From assembly GCA_036679605.1 (NCBI GenBank), contig JAZDCZ010000251.1, positions 63,129 to 127,128 of the forward strand: a DNA stretch of 64,000 nucleotides, given 5' to 3'. Shown here piece by piece: positions 31,325-41,697 of the stretch. The notes under the pieces were generated by a model. That model had not been told where the DNA came from. It worked only from the letters and a program-made list of their open reading frames with translations, and did no database searches. The DNA is from Gemmatimonadota bacterium. GTDB lineage: Bacteria; Gemmatimonadota; Gemmatimonadetes; Gemmatimonadales; GWC2-71-9. A program made the translations under genes and the position numbers. Positions within the stretch are counted from its first letter, which is position 1, and each line of letters opens with the position of its first letter.

Positions 31325-32119
31325 ATGCACACAAGACACATCCTCCCGTTACTCGGAGCAATGGCGATCGCAACACCGACGTCGGCGTTCGCCCAGTTCG
31401 AGGGCACGATCAAGATCCGTGAGATCTCCGTGACTCGCGATGCCTTGGTCCAACGAGGGTTCGACATGTCGAACGCGATTTTCGATGTGCCGACCGAGCG
31501 GCTCCTAGCTCTCCGTGACAACCTCGTCCCCGACGGCGACATGACGATCGTCGAGACGGGAATCTACATCAAGGGTAACCTCATGCGGACTGACGTGACC
31601 GCGGGTGAGGGACCGGCATACGCAATAGTGGACTTGGAGTCTGGCACGATGCAGATGTTTAATCCCGAAGAGAAGTCCTATATCGAAATGACCAAAGAGG
31701 ACATGGAGCGGATGCGCGCGATGGGTGGTGCCATGCCCATGACCTCAGCCAAGTTGGAGGTGACCGCGACGGGCATCACGAGAACGATCAACGGCATGAC
31801 TTGCACGGCCTACGACGTGGCAACGGGCGAAGGAACCACGCGGGTGTGGGTGTCGAAAGACAATCCCGATATAGTCGAGTCGTACAGGAGGTTCTCGGAA
31901 CGTATGCAGATGATGAGCATGGACGAGGATGTGGATGAAGAGTACTTGGTGTCAAAGCACGGATTTCCCGTCCTAACACAGCGCCTCACCTACAGCATGT
32001 ACGAGATCAACGAGGTCATGTCGGTGGAGCAGCAGTCGGTTTCCAACGATCTGTTCGAGCCGCCGGCTGGTTGGCGCAAGATGACGATGGCCGATATGAT
32101 GCGGGGGAACAGACGTTAG
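31325..32119 (+). CDS. Exported DUF4412-like protein
   Basis: Signal peptide, QFEGTI, TG.TRTINGMTCTAY, LFEPPAGW; AGGAGA RBS. Confidence 0.75.
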   Translation: MHTRHILPLLGAMAIATPTSAFAQFEGTIKIREISVTRDALVQRGFDMSNAIFDVPTERLLALRDNLVPDGDMTIVETGIYIKGNLMRTDVTAGEGPAYAIVDLESGTMQMFNPEEKSYIEMTKEDMERMRAMGGAMPMTSAKLEVTATGITRTINGMTCTAYDVATGEGTTRVWVSKDNPDIVESYRRFSERMQMMSMDEDVDEEYLVSKHGFPVLTQRLTYSMYEINEVMSVEQQSVSNDLFEPPAGWRKMTMADMMRGNRR

Positions 32120-32433
32120 CCCAACCCCGGGACCGAAGGCACGTCCGGAACACGAAACCGCTCGGCTGAGGACAGCCCACCCGTCATTTCCTGCCCCTCG
32201 CTTCTCACGCAGGATACTTTTCAGAGGCACGCTGCGACAAATTGCTGATTCGGGTTGTGCCGTGGTTGTCACCGGCCATGAGGTGGAAACGTTGCTTGGC
32301 ATTGCGGATTTGATTCTGTGGCAAACGGCGGGAACGACACATTACATCGGTAACCGCGCAGCAGCGACGATGCATGACCAGTTCAAGCGCGAATACCTTG
32401 GCAAAGCTCGGCTTTTGGTTTATCCAGTGACCG

Positions 32434-33342
32434 TCACCCCTGGCTCGGTCGATCCATCCTTACTAATAGCACGGGTATGTCACGCTGTTCCACGAGCCGC
32501 GCGCCGACGCTGCCGGCCCAGATGGCCGACACTCCCTTGCGGCCGTGAGTTGCCATAACGATCAGATCGACCCCACTCTCCCTCGCTATTGCCAGTAGCT
32601 CTCGTGAGGAATCACCTCGAGCCACCAACGCGCGGACACTCAGTGTAGGGCTCTCCATTCTCGCCCGTACGTTTGCTAGGTACTTGGTCGCCTCAATCGC
32701 TTCGGCCTCCAGCAACGCTTCGGCTGCCTTGGGAGAGAGGCGTGTCGCCGCTCCCGACGTACCCGTTGCGGTTTCAACCGTAGGAACTACTTGCACCACT
32801 GTGAGTTCGCCGCCACTGGCCACGAGATCGACCGCATGATCGAGCGCGGCTTCTGCCGCGGGCTCCCCATTCAACGGCACCAACACGTGCTTCGCCGAAA
32901 ACGATTGAGATCGGGGCTGTGGGAACGTGGGCACCACCAGGACTGGCACATTGCTATTTGACAACACCTGCTGAGCGATGCGGCCAAAGATGAATCCCCG
33001 AAGTCCCTTCCCGCCATGAGTGCAGAGAACCACAAGATCAGCTTCCAACTCTCGTACATGATCGGTGATTCCCTTGGATACGTCGGTGCCCGGCGAGTGA
33101 ACGTGCACGGTGGCCTTCACGTCCCGGTCCGTGAGCCACTTCTCTACCTCCGATAGGTACGCCTCCGCCTGACCGGGTTCCTGCAGGTGTGAGGCTCCGT
33201 GTACCTGGGCAGGCGGACTCTCCTCCAACACATGCAGTAGCGTTACCTGTGTGCTACTCTCCGCACCCAGTGCCACGGCTACCGGCAACGCCGACTCCGC
33301 AAGTGCGGAACCGTCGAGCGGAACTAGTAGATGACTGAACAT
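32434..33342 (-). CDS. Tandem-domain universal stress protein
   Basis: Two repeats of LVPLDGS/LVPLNG..DLVV(L/M)(C/A)THG..G..PVL. Confidence 0.92.
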   Translation of the reverse strand: MFSHLLVPLDGSALAESALPVAVALGAESSTQVTLLHVLEESPPAQVHGASHLQEPGQAEAYLSEVEKWLTDRDVKATVHVHSPGTDVSKGITDHVRELEADLVVLCTHGGKGLRGFIFGRIAQQVLSNSNVPVLVVPTFPQPRSQSFSAKHVLVPLNGEPAAEAALDHAVDLVASGGELTVVQVVPTVETATGTSGAATRLSPKAAEALLEAEAIEATKYLANVRARMESPTLSVRALVARGDSSRELLAIARESGVDLIVMATHGRKGVSAIWAGSVGARLVEQRDIPVLLVRMDRPSQG

Positions 33343-33343
33343 G

Positions 33344-34657
33344 CTACCCTCCCCCGACCGTCAAACGGTACAGCAGGAATAAATTCAACGCGACTATCAG
33401 GGCCGTGGTCGTCCAGGCAATAAACGTGGTCACTCGGTGATTGACCAACTCGCCCATGATCTTGCGCCGCATCGTAAACATCACTAGCGGTATCAAAGCG
33501 AACGGTAACCCGAAACTCAGTGCGACCTGGCTCAGCACTAGAGTCCGTGTCGGATCGAGCCCAATTCCTATCACGACTATGGCGGGCACCATGGTAATCA
33601 GGCGCCGCAGCCATATCGGTATCGTTCTGTGAAGGAACCCCTGCATGATCACTTGGCCCGCCATTGTTCCAACCGTGGCAGAGGATAGACCAGCGACTAG
33701 GAGCGACAGTGCGAAGACCGTGCTTGCGGCCTTTCCCAATAATGGAGTTAGCGTGCGATACGCTTCTTCGATCGATGCTATCTCCTGCAACCCCTGTTGA
33801 TGGAACGTTGCGGCGGCCATTATGAGCATGGCTCCGTTCACTGCGCCCGCAATGAGCATTGCCACGAGGACGTCGATCCGCTCGAAGCGGTAGATGCGCC
33901 GTGCCGACGCTCGATCTATTGGCACGATCCGGTTCTGCATCAAAGCGGAATGCAAGAATATTACGTGTGGCATAACGGTCGCACCCAAAATACCTGCCGC
34001 CAGCAGAACACTTTCCGTACCATCGAAACGTGGTACGAACGCGTGCGACGCTGCGTCAGCCCAATCCGGATGGCCGAGCACTGTCTCAATCAGATACGCT
34101 ACGGCTATCACTCCCACGAGCACTGTTATGACGGCTTCGACCGGACGAAACCCATATCGCTCCAGCGCGAGGATCGCCAGGGTCACTACACCAGTGATCA
34201 AGGCCGCAGGTAGCAGCGGGATGTGAAACAAGAGATAAAACCCGAGCGCCGCGCCCAAGAACTCCGCCAGATCGGTTGCCATCGCGACCAGCTCTGCGAT
34301 CACCCACATGCCCCACACAACCGGACGACTGAAGTTGTCCCTACAGAGTTCGGCGAGATTTCGACCCGTGGCAATCCCAAGCTTTGCCGAGAGGGCTTGT
34401 ATCAACATCGCCATCAGGTTGCTGGCGACGATGACCCACAACAACAGATACCCGTAGTGGGCACCGGCCTCGATATTGGTAGCGAAGTTGCCAGGATCGA
34501 CGTAGGCTACACTGGCGACGAACGCAGGGCCCAAAAACGGTAGCAGCCGAGCAAAACGGCCGCGGCGGCTCTTTCCTTTTAGAACCTGCGTCGCTTCGGC
34601 CACCGTACCGTGATCCAGGGGGCGAACCTCCTGGGCCGGGTGTGATGAATCGTTCAA
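33344..34657 (-). CDS. mntH: Nramp-family divalent metal (Mn2+) transporter
   Basis: AYVDPGNFATN, GATVMPH, GTMAGQ. Confidence 0.95.
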   Translation of the reverse strand: MNDSSHPAQEVRPLDHGTVAEATQVLKGKSRRGRFARLLPFLGPAFVASVAYVDPGNFATNIEAGAHYGYLLLWVIVASNLMAMLIQALSAKLGIATGRNLAELCRDNFSRPVVWGMWVIAELVAMATDLAEFLGAALGFYLLFHIPLLPAALITGVVTLAILALERYGFRPVEAVITVLVGVIAVAYLIETVLGHPDWADAASHAFVPRFDGTESVLLAAGILGATVMPHVIFLHSALMQNRIVPIDRASARRIYRFERIDVLVAMLIAGAVNGAMLIMAAATFHQQGLQEIASIEEAYRTLTPLLGKAASTVFALSLLVAGLSSATVGTMAGQVIMQGFLHRTIPIWLRRLITMVPAIVVIGIGLDPTRTLVLSQVALSFGLPFALIPLVMFTMRRKIMGELVNHRVTTFIAWTTTALIVALNLFLLYRLTVGGG

Positions 34658-34779
34658 CGTGGGGCGATCGCGTTAGGTCAGGTGTCTAGTCTTGGTGTAG
34701 GGTGTCAGCAGTCCGTTTGCCAACAGGACTCGCCAGCTGTGGCCGAGTGGAGCTCGTTGAGGACGCTGTAACACGGAAG

Positions 34780-36009
34780 TCACACTGCCTGCGCCATGTC
34801 TCCTAACAGTTCTCTCGCGATCACCATGCGTTGAACCTCGCTGGTACCTTCGCCGATTTCGCAGACCTTGGCATCCCGCATCATCCGCTCTACTGGATAC
34901 TCAGTGGTATAGCCATACCCACCGTGCAGTTGTACAGCCTTGATGGTTGTCCGCATGCACAACTCGGATGCGTACAATTTCGCCATTGCGGCAGCCTCTG
35001 CGTGCGGCTTGCCATTCTGATACAGCCAAGCGGCGTGGTACACGAGGTGACGGGCAGCTTGGATCTCGGTGGCCATATCAGCTAGCGCAAAGCTGACTCC
35101 TTGGAACGAATTGATCGGCCGCCCAAACTGCTTTCGCTCACTCGTGTATTTGAGGCACTCGTTGAGCGCTCCTTCGGCAATACCCAACGAGAGGGCCGCG
35201 ATCCCAATCCGCCCCGAATCGAGAGTCACAAGAAAGTTGATGAACCCCTTTCCGACTTCGCCCAGTACGTTCTCCTTGGGGACTATCGCATCTTCTAGGA
35301 TCAGTTCCCTCGTGTCCGAGGCTCTCCAACCTAGCTTGTCTTCTTTCTTCCCGGACTTGACACCGGCGATCTTAGGCAAGTCCGGATCGTGTCCGATGCC
35401 GACCCGTTGCGTCTCTTCCAAGTCGGTCGTGTCCTTGGTCACGATGAACGAGGTGATCCCGCGAGTTCGCTTGGTGGGATTTCGATCGGTTCGTGCCGTT
35501 ACGACGAAAACTTCGCCGACGCCTGCATGTGTGATGAAGATCTTTGAGCCGTTGATTACGTAATGATCGCCCTTGTCCTCGGCAAACGTCTGAGTTCCTC
35601 CCGCATCTGACCCCGCGCCGGGTTCGGTGAGACCGAAACCGCCCACGAGGCGTCCCGATGCCAGCAGCGGTACGTACTTGTTCTTCTGCTCCTCGGTGCC
35701 AAACTGCATTATCGGTGACGTACCTAGGGTAGTGTGCGCCGACACTGTGAGCGCATGGCTGGCGTCGACCTTGGCAAGTTCCTCGAGAGCGATGATGTAG
35801 GATATATAGTCCATGCCGGCACCGGAAAGCTCGGCCGGCCACGGAATCCCCATGAAGCCCAGCTCAGCCATCTTCTTGATATTTTCCCAGGGAAAACTGC
35901 AATCTCGATCGTGCTGACGCGCCACCGGTCGGATCTCCGCCTCGGCGAACTCGCGCACCAGCTGTCGGACTTGGATATGCTCTTCAGAGAGGTACGGAAA
36001 GTCAGGCAT
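34780..36009 (-). CDS. Acyl-CoA dehydrogenase (short/branched-chain type)
   Basis: [41 protein letters not shown]. Confidence 0.95.
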   Translation of the reverse strand: MPDFPYLSEEHIQVRQLVREFAEAEIRPVARQHDRDCSFPWENIKKMAELGFMGIPWPAELSGAGMDYISYIIALEELAKVDASHALTVSAHTTLGTSPIMQFGTEEQKNKYVPLLASGRLVGGFGLTEPGAGSDAGGTQTFAEDKGDHYVINGSKIFITHAGVGEVFVVTARTDRNPTKRTRGITSFIVTKDTTDLEETQRVGIGHDPDLPKIAGVKSGKKEDKLGWRASDTRELILEDAIVPKENVLGEVGKGFINFLVTLDSGRIGIAALSLGIAEGALNECLKYTSERKQFGRPINSFQGVSFALADMATEIQAARHLVYHAAWLYQNGKPHAEAAAMAKLYASELCMRTTIKAVQLHGGYGYTTEYPVERMMRDAKVCEIGEGTSEVQRMVIARELLGDMAQAV

Positions 36010-36045
36010 TGGAGCAATATAACAATGGGGTAACCGGGATAGCGC

Positions 36046-36564
36046 CTACTGCAGTCCCTTTGGCTGGCCGAGTACCTCGGCCATGATCACCGCTTGGCGC
36101 AACTTTCTGCGCGCTGACACCAACCGGATGGACCGTCGCTCAGCTTCAACGACGTAATGCTCGTCGATTCGTCCTGGTTTGTACTTTTCGTGAAACCTCT
36201 CGTGGCTGGCCTCGCCCAACGCCTCGCCCATGGGCTTTAGCGTCTCCAGCGACTGAACGACCGGTCGGACTCGCTCTGCCGTCTGTCTGACCATGGTACT
36301 GACCGGCTCGGGAACCACCTCCGGTTCGACCTCGTCGACCGGCTCGGGTTGGTTCAGCTGGCCTTGGTTCTTTAGGATTTCCATTAGCTCGGAAGCCAAC
36401 GTCCGCCGCTCTGCCGGCGTGCGGGGTGGCCCCGTCCCCCCCTCGGACAGTGGAGATCTGGGACGGGGCTGTTTTAGAGCTACAGATTTCTTCTTCTTCG
36501 CCGACGAGAACAACCCGAAGGCGATTAGTAGTCCGAAAAAGATCAGCTGGATAAAGTCGTCCAT
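36046..36564 (-). CDS. Hypothetical membrane-anchored protein (YqfB-like position)
   Basis: N-terminal TM and C-terminal LRQAVIMAEVLGQPK; third gene after nfeD-floA. Confidence 0.7.
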   Translation of the reverse strand: MDDFIQLIFFGLLIAFGLFSSAKKKKSVALKQPRPRSPLSEGGTGPPRTPAERRTLASELMEILKNQGQLNQPEPVDEVEPEVVPEPVSTMVRQTAERVRPVVQSLETLKPMGEALGEASHERFHEKYKPGRIDEHYVVEAERRSIRLVSARRKLRQAVIMAEVLGQPKGLQ

Positions 36565-36567
36565 CGA

Positions 36568-37545
36568 TCAACCGCCTTCCGGCTCTCCCTCGGCAAGACT
36601 GCGACGCATGGCGGTGTCACTTTCGATGTTGCGGTAGCGCTGATAGTCCATGACGCCTAGAGTTCCCTTCCTGAATGCCTCGGACATCGCCAGCGGTATT
36701 TGTGCTTCTGCCTCGACTACGCGCGCACGCATCTCCTCCACGCGGGCTTTCATTTCCTGTTCCTCGGCTATCGCCATCGCGCGTCGCTTCTCAGCCTGGG
36801 CTTGCGCGATTCGTTTGTCGGCCTCCGCCTGGTCGGTCTGCAACTCCGCACCGATGTTCTTGCCAACATCGACATCCGCGATGTCGATAGAGAGAATCTC
36901 GTAGGCAGTTCCGGCGTCCAGCCCTTTGGCAAGCACCGTCTTCGATATCTTGTCCGGATTCTCCAGCACAGCCTTGTGAGAGCTGGCAGATCCAATGGTC
37001 GAGACGATACCCTCGCCTACCCGCGCCAAAATCGTTTCTTCTCCCGCGCCACCTACAAGTCGATTGATGTTAGCTCGAATGGTGACACGCGCCAGAGCAA
37101 TGAGTTGGATACCGTCCTTGGCCATTGCCGCGACTTTAGGCGTCTGGATCACTTTGGGATTAACCGACACCTGAACGGCTTCGTGCACATCACGGCCCGC
37201 CAAGTCGATCGCCGCCGCCTTCTTGAACGTCAGCTCTATGCCGGCCTTGTCTGCAGAGATAAGAGCGCGAATCACCCGATGAACATCTCCGCCGGCCAAG
37301 TAGTGCGCTTCGAGTTCGTTTGTCAACAAACCTAGGCCAGCCTTCGTAGCTGCAATCAGCGGCCGAATGATCGCCTGCGGACTGACTTTTCTCAGCCGCA
37401 TGCCTATGAGACTGCCCAGACCGATCTTCACACCGGAAAAAGTGGCCTCGATCCAGAGACGTAACGGAACGAAGCTGGCAACAATACTGGCTCCGATAAG
37501 CGCCAGTACTACTAGTACGATAAACCCTCCTGTCACGCTATCCAT
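36568..37545 (-). CDS. floA: Flotillin-like protein FloA (YqfA)
   Basis: [51 protein letters not shown]. Confidence 0.95.
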   Translation of the reverse strand: MDSVTGGFIVLVVLALIGASIVASFVPLRLWIEATFSGVKIGLGSLIGMRLRKVSPQAIIRPLIAATKAGLGLLTNELEAHYLAGGDVHRVIRALISADKAGIELTFKKAAAIDLAGRDVHEAVQVSVNPKVIQTPKVAAMAKDGIQLIALARVTIRANINRLVGGAGEETILARVGEGIVSTIGSASSHKAVLENPDKISKTVLAKGLDAGTAYEILSIDIADVDVGKNIGAELQTDQAEADKRIAQAQAEKRRAMAIAEEQEMKARVEEMRARVVEAEAQIPLAMSEAFRKGTLGVMDYQRYRNIESDTAMRRSLAEGEPEGG

Positions 37546-37562
37546 TGTGTATCTCGCTCTCG

Positions 37563-38888
37563 CTATTCGCTGAGGGAAGTTTCTACCGGTTCTACAACGT
37601 GCCTATAGCCTTCAGCTCTGATGAGCCTCACCGAAGCGCCTTTGGGAACGTAGCCCGTTTCCGAAACTACGTCGAGGCGCTCGTCTCCCACCTGAACCGT
37701 CCCAGAGGGACGGAGATCTGTCACCGCAATACCCTCCGCCCCAACCAGATCGTTGCGGGCGGGCTCCGCTACGAAGCCCAACGACTTGTCGGTCGCAGTA
37801 CGAAGAAGGATGCCGCGCAAACGCCCGCTGTTGGGCAGGTGTCGCAACAGCACCCCCAACGTTACGGCCACAATCATCGCCGCTGCGATCATGACGCCGC
37901 TTGCGCGTGCCACCTCGTTCCAAGTCGGCAACGCGCCCAACAGAGCCAAGAAAGTGGCGGTACCGATACACACTATGCTCACGATACCTGCAATCCCGAA
38001 GCCGGGGACCACAAACACCTCGATCAGCAAAGCTATCAACCCTGCGCCGAGCAGAATAACCTCCTCCCAACCCGCCAACCCTACGAGAAGGTGGCTCCCA
38101 AAAAATGCGCCCAGCGCTCCCAGCCCTACCATGCCCGCGATGCCAAAGGACGGAGTCTTTATTTCGAGGATGATCCCCAGCGTCCCAATGGAGAGGAGGA
38201 TCGGTGCGACTATCGGATTGGAGAGAAACCTGACCAACGTTTCCGCCCAGTTGATCCCCACAGTACTGACCGTAGCATCATCGAGGTCCAGAATCTTCAA
38301 GAGACCGTCGAGGTTCTCCACTTCCGCCGCCGCAACGCTCAACTCCACAGCCTCTCGGTTAGTCAGGGTCAGCAGCTTGCCCGAATCGCTCACGCCTTCG
38401 ATCCGGATATCTTCGTCTACCATCGCCTGAGCAATTAGTGGATCGAGACCGCGGCGTTCCGCGAGTGCCCGGAACTCGCCGCGCATAGCACTTACCACTT
38501 TCTCCGACGCCTTCACACCGGCTCCGCTTACAGGAGTCGCCGCCCCAATCGACGAGCCCGGCGTCATGAAGATCGAGTCGGCCGCAAGGGCGATCATCGC
38601 ACCGGCGCTCCACGCGTTGTGACTTACCAGAGCATAGACCGGGATCTCGCTCGCGATAACGGCCGTCACGATTTGCTGAGCGGCATCAATCCGCCCACCA
38701 AACGTGTCGATGTCCAAGACGATCGCCGTGGCATCCGCCTCGTTGGCCTCCCGAACACTACGGCGCACGTAGGGAGCAAGACCCAGTTCGATCGTGCCGG
38801 TTATGACGATTCTGCTGACCTGCTGGGCCTGTGTAGCAGGCGGGTTTACAAGTAGTACTGCCACCAGGAATATGGGCCAGTGTTTCAC
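37563..38888 (-). CDS. nfeD: Long NfeD (YqeZ-like) membrane protein with ClpP-class domain
   Basis: [29 protein letters not shown]-fold end. GGAGG RBS before GTG 38888. Confidence 0.9.
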   Translation of the reverse strand: MKHWPIFLVAVLLVNPPATQAQQVSRIVITGTIELGLAPYVRRSVREANEADATAIVLDIDTFGGRIDAAQQIVTAVIASEIPVYALVSHNAWSAGAMIALAADSIFMTPGSSIGAATPVSGAGVKASEKVVSAMRGEFRALAERRGLDPLIAQAMVDEDIRIEGVSDSGKLLTLTNREAVELSVAAAEVENLDGLLKILDLDDATVSTVGINWAETLVRFLSNPIVAPILLSIGTLGIILEIKTPSFGIAGMVGLGALGAFFGSHLLVGLAGWEEVILLGAGLIALLIEVFVVPGFGIAGIVSIVCIGTATFLALLGALPTWNEVARASGVMIAAAMIVAVTLGVLLRHLPNSGRLRGILLRTATDKSLGFVAEPARNDLVGAEGIAVTDLRPSGTVQVGDERLDVVSETGYVPKGASVRLIRAEGYRHVVEPVETSLSE

Positions 38889-39024
38889 TACACCTCCGTG
38901 GCTGGACCCCATGATACTGCATGCCTCTATTGTATGATAACGTAGGATATCCTTGCCGGTAGGGAAGAAGCTGAAGGCCGAGGTTCCGACAACGTGGTCA
39001 GCCACTCAGAATGGGCCATGGGTA

Positions 39025-39053
39025 TTGCTCGGAAGGATCCAAACAACTATGCT
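39025..39053 (+). promoter_or_regulatory. Candidate sigma70 promoter for a small RNA
   Basis: TTGCTC-N17-TATGCT, ~7 nt upstream of the structured segment. Confidence 0.5.
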
Positions 39054-39059
39054 ATGCCG

Positions 39060-39178
39060 ATCAAGGACAAAAAAATCTGCGGTGTGTTGAACCGGGCTTT
39101 GGCGTGGTCCCGCTCGTCCCCTCCCGACGAGATATCTTGCCTGGCAGCAAGATGTTCAGCGCACCGCAGTTTTTTTGT
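39060..39178 (+). ncRNA. Candidate structured small RNA (four-way junction, C-rich loop, U-tract end)
   Basis: 16-bp closing stem ctgcggtgtgttgaac/gttcagcgcaccgcag (two G-U pairs on + strand), three inner hairpins, T7 tail. Confidence 0.55.
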
Positions 39179-39195
39179 TAACGACAGCTATCTAT

Positions 39196-39252
39196 AGGAA
39201 GTTCCGTGCCAGTCGGCATCTGTGATATAACTGACTGTGTATCAAGTACTTA
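39196..39252 (-). promoter_or_regulatory. Sigma54-like promoter (variant -12) plus IHF site
   Basis: Minus strand TGGCACGGAACTTCCT (GG-N10-CC); TATCAAGTACTTA at 39240-39252 matches WATCAAN4TTR. Confidence 0.55.
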
Positions 39253-39354
39253 GCTGATTGGCCCCTCGCTCTCCCACTTTGCAAAATGAGCTGATTTGGG
39301 AACTTCTGATCTCATTTTCGGACACCTCTGCCGAAACTTTAGTTGAGTCCAGTG

Positions 39355-40632
39355 TCAGGCAGGCATCTTCGACCCACAGCGGTCACACCCCGAACAGCGC
39401 TCCAGCCTCTCGCCCAGGTACTCGAGCAGCAACCTCCGGCGACATCGCCGCGTGTGCACGTAGCGGCGCATGGTTGCCAGCCCGGATTTCCTAGCCTCTA
39501 GATGGACCTCGGAATACGCCGGTGATACTACCGAAGGCATGGCTTTGGTGGTGCCACCCCTCCCCATAGCCATTCTAGCGGCTAACACGAGATCCGCCTT
39601 GGTCCAGAACATCTCGCACCACGCCGGCATGCCGTCACGCCCTGCCCTACCCGCCTCCTGGAAATATGCTTCGGGCCTGGCCGGCACCCCCAAGTGAATC
39701 ACTAGCCTCACGTCGGGCTTGTCGATGCCCATGCCGAAAGCGTTTGTGGCAACCATCACCCGTATCCGGTTGTCGAGAAATCGCATGAGCAACGCGCGTC
39801 GCGCCGACGCCGGGAGACCCGCGTGGTACGGCGCGGCCTCGAACCCCCACTTTCTCAGTACTCCCGCCACGCCGTCGGTACGGTCGCGTGTTTGCACGTA
39901 CATTATTGCTGTGCCACAGTGCGCGCGCAGCAACGCCACCGCCGCGCGCACCCGCTCTCGTTCATGGTCGAATCGCCTTACGGCAAAGAATAGATTGGGC
40001 CGATCGAACGACTGGCTCACTCCGACCGGACGTTTGAGGCCCAGCACCTTTACTATATCCTGGCGCGTTAACAGCGTGGCCGTCGCGGTGACCGCCATCG
40101 TAGCAGGAGAACCCAACCTAAGCCTGTGTTTGCCGATCGCCCGGTAATGGGGCCGGAAGTCGTGTCCCCATTCGCTGATGCAATGGGCCTCATCGACCGC
40201 CAGGAGCGACACGTCGAGACGTGGGAATTGTTCCACTAGCCGCGGCATTCGCTCAGGCGCAACGTACAACATCTTTAGTCGCCCTGCGTCGAGCATGTCG
40301 AGCACGGCCTTTTTCGTCTCCGGCTTCTGCGTACTGCTCAAGTATGCGGCGGGGAGCCCTCGTTGTCTCAATGCACCCACTTGATCCTGCATGAGGGAGA
40401 TCAGCGGAGAAACCACAAGTGTGAGTCCGGGAAGGAGCAGGGCCGGCACCTGATAACAAAGTGATTTGCCACCGCCGGTCGGCAGCACTGCGAGACAGTC
40501 CCTGCCCTTCAGGGCGGCGAGCACGGCCCTGCGTTGGTGGTGTCGGAAATCGGGGTACTGCCACACGCGTTCAAGAACTGCACGGGCATCGGCGAGCGAC
40601 GGAGGTGAGGCGGGTTTGGTCAGGCACGTCAT
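39355..40632 (-). CDS. recQ: RecQ family DNA helicase (short form)
   Basis: PTGGGKSLCYQ, VDEAHCISEWGHDFRP, ATNAFGMGIDK, QEAGRAGRDG, C-terminal CRR..CSGCDRC. Confidence 0.95.
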   Translation of the reverse strand: MTCLTKPASPPSLADARAVLERVWQYPDFRHHQRRAVLAALKGRDCLAVLPTGGGKSLCYQVPALLLPGLTLVVSPLISLMQDQVGALRQRGLPAAYLSSTQKPETKKAVLDMLDAGRLKMLYVAPERMPRLVEQFPRLDVSLLAVDEAHCISEWGHDFRPHYRAIGKHRLRLGSPATMAVTATATLLTRQDIVKVLGLKRPVGVSQSFDRPNLFFAVRRFDHERERVRAAVALLRAHCGTAIMYVQTRDRTDGVAGVLRKWGFEAAPYHAGLPASARRALLMRFLDNRIRVMVATNAFGMGIDKPDVRLVIHLGVPARPEAYFQEAGRAGRDGMPAWCEMFWTKADLVLAARMAMGRGGTTKAMPSVVSPAYSEVHLEARKSGLATMRRYVHTRRCRRRLLLEYLGERLERCSGCDRCGSKMPA

Positions 40633-40752
40633 CAAACCCGAAGCTACTTCGTGACGGCCTTATGTTGTCATCGTGTTCGCGCGGGGGGAATCGTTTTTGT
40701 GCGGATCATCTAGACTGTCACAGATCTAACACGTCATCTCGCGTTGCGTTGG
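40623..40752. repeat. 130-bp direct repeat, copy 1
   Basis: Identical to 41568-41697 except for 2 mismatches near the left end. Confidence 0.95.
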
Positions 40753-41016
40753 ACGAGCAACGATCTCAAGACTACCACCCATGGCCTCGATATATTTGCG
40801 CAACGTGCTCACGTAAACATCGGTGCGCTTTTCCAATCGAGAAATGCCCGACTGTCGGGTGCCTAACGTTTCCGCGAGAGCCTCCTGTGACAGTTTGCGA
40901 GCTTGTCTTAGCTCTTGAAGAGGCATTTCCTTCATCATAGCGACGGCACGCTCGTGCGCGCGCTGCCGCCGCTCTTCCGGCATTCTCGCACGTAGCTCTT
41001 TGAAGTTCTTAGGCAT
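40726..41016 (-). CDS. XRE-HTH antitoxin (HigA-like); C-terminus supplied by the repeat
   Basis: LQELRQARKLSQEALAETLGTRQSGISRLEKRTDVYVSTLRKYIEAMGG. Confidence 0.9.
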   Translation of the reverse strand: MPKNFKELRARMPEERRQRAHERAVAMMKEMPLQELRQARKLSQEALAETLGTRQSGISRLEKRTDVYVSTLRKYIEAMGGSLEIVARPTQREMTC

Positions 41017-41374
41017 CTAGAAGCTTCTCTCTTTCAATAATCTGCAGGTGCTCATCGTACAGCTTGTCAGCCACAGGCACGAATTCGTCATACCACCGAT
41101 CGCTGCCAGTCTTGTTCCCACCAATCAACAGAATAGCCATCCGACGCGGGTCGAATGCATACAGTACTCGGTACGGGTCTCCTTGATGTTGTATGCGGAG
41201 TTCCCGCATGTGGCCATGCTTTGACTGATGAACCCCTGAAGAATGTGGGTACGACAGTTGTGGCCCCCTATTCTCCAACAGCTCGACAGTTGCGGTAACG
41301 GATTCTTGCTCATGTTCACCAAGTTGGTCCCACCAGTGCGCAAACTCGTTGGTGACTTCGACATCCCATGTCAC
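41009..41374 (-). CDS. RelE/ParE-superfamily toxin (HigB/Gp49-like)
   Basis: HMRELRIQH.GDPYRVLYAFDPRRMAILLIGGNK; toxin-first gene order. Confidence 0.92.
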   Translation of the reverse strand: MTWDVEVTNEFAHWWDQLGEHEQESVTATVELLENRGPQLSYPHSSGVHQSKHGHMRELRIQHQGDPYRVLYAFDPRRMAILLIGGNKTGSDRWYDEFVPVADKLYDEHLQIIEREKLLDA

Positions 41375-41380
41375 TGGAGT

Positions 41381-41416
41381 AGTATTACCTCAAGGACATA
41401 TGCTGTCAAGAGCATA
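41381..41416 (-). promoter_or_regulatory. TA promoter/operator
   Basis: Minus strand TTGACA-N17-AATACT just before the GTG start; palindrome TATGCT-N6-AGCATA over the -35. Confidence 0.6.
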
Positions 41417-41567
41417 ATTTAATTGTCGGAGTGGTGCCCCTGCCCCCTCTGAAACGCTGCGGTGGATCAGTGACACTGCCGCGGATCTTTATCTGGACGC
41501 GGATGCTCGCTGAGAGCGATCCGCGCTCTAGTCATCATCCGTGGCAGTTCCTCTTTTTGTGTTCCGT

Positions 41568-41697
41568 GGCACGTCATCAGACTCGAAGCTACTTCGTGAC
41601 GGCCTTATGTTGTCATCGTGTTCGCGCGGGGGGAATCGTTTTTGTGCGGATCATCTAGACTGTCACAGATCTAACACGTCATCTCGCGTTGCGTTGG
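41568..41697. repeat. 130-bp direct repeat, copy 2
   Basis: Matches 40623-40752 at an offset of 945 bp. Confidence 0.95.

Noticed and set aside
34658..34779. Mn riboswitch or MntR/DtxR box upstream of mntH (ttaggtcaggtgtctag, 34673-34689)
   Set aside because: Only one good half-site with non-standard spacing; no yybP-ykoY consensus seen.
39060..39178. tRNA call for the cloverleaf-like fold
   Set aside because: Closing stem is 16 bp, with no D-loop or T-loop consensus in loops and no CCA end.
40623..41697. IS element or integron cassette
   Set aside because: No transposase or integrase, no terminal inverted repeats, and no convincing attC core sites.
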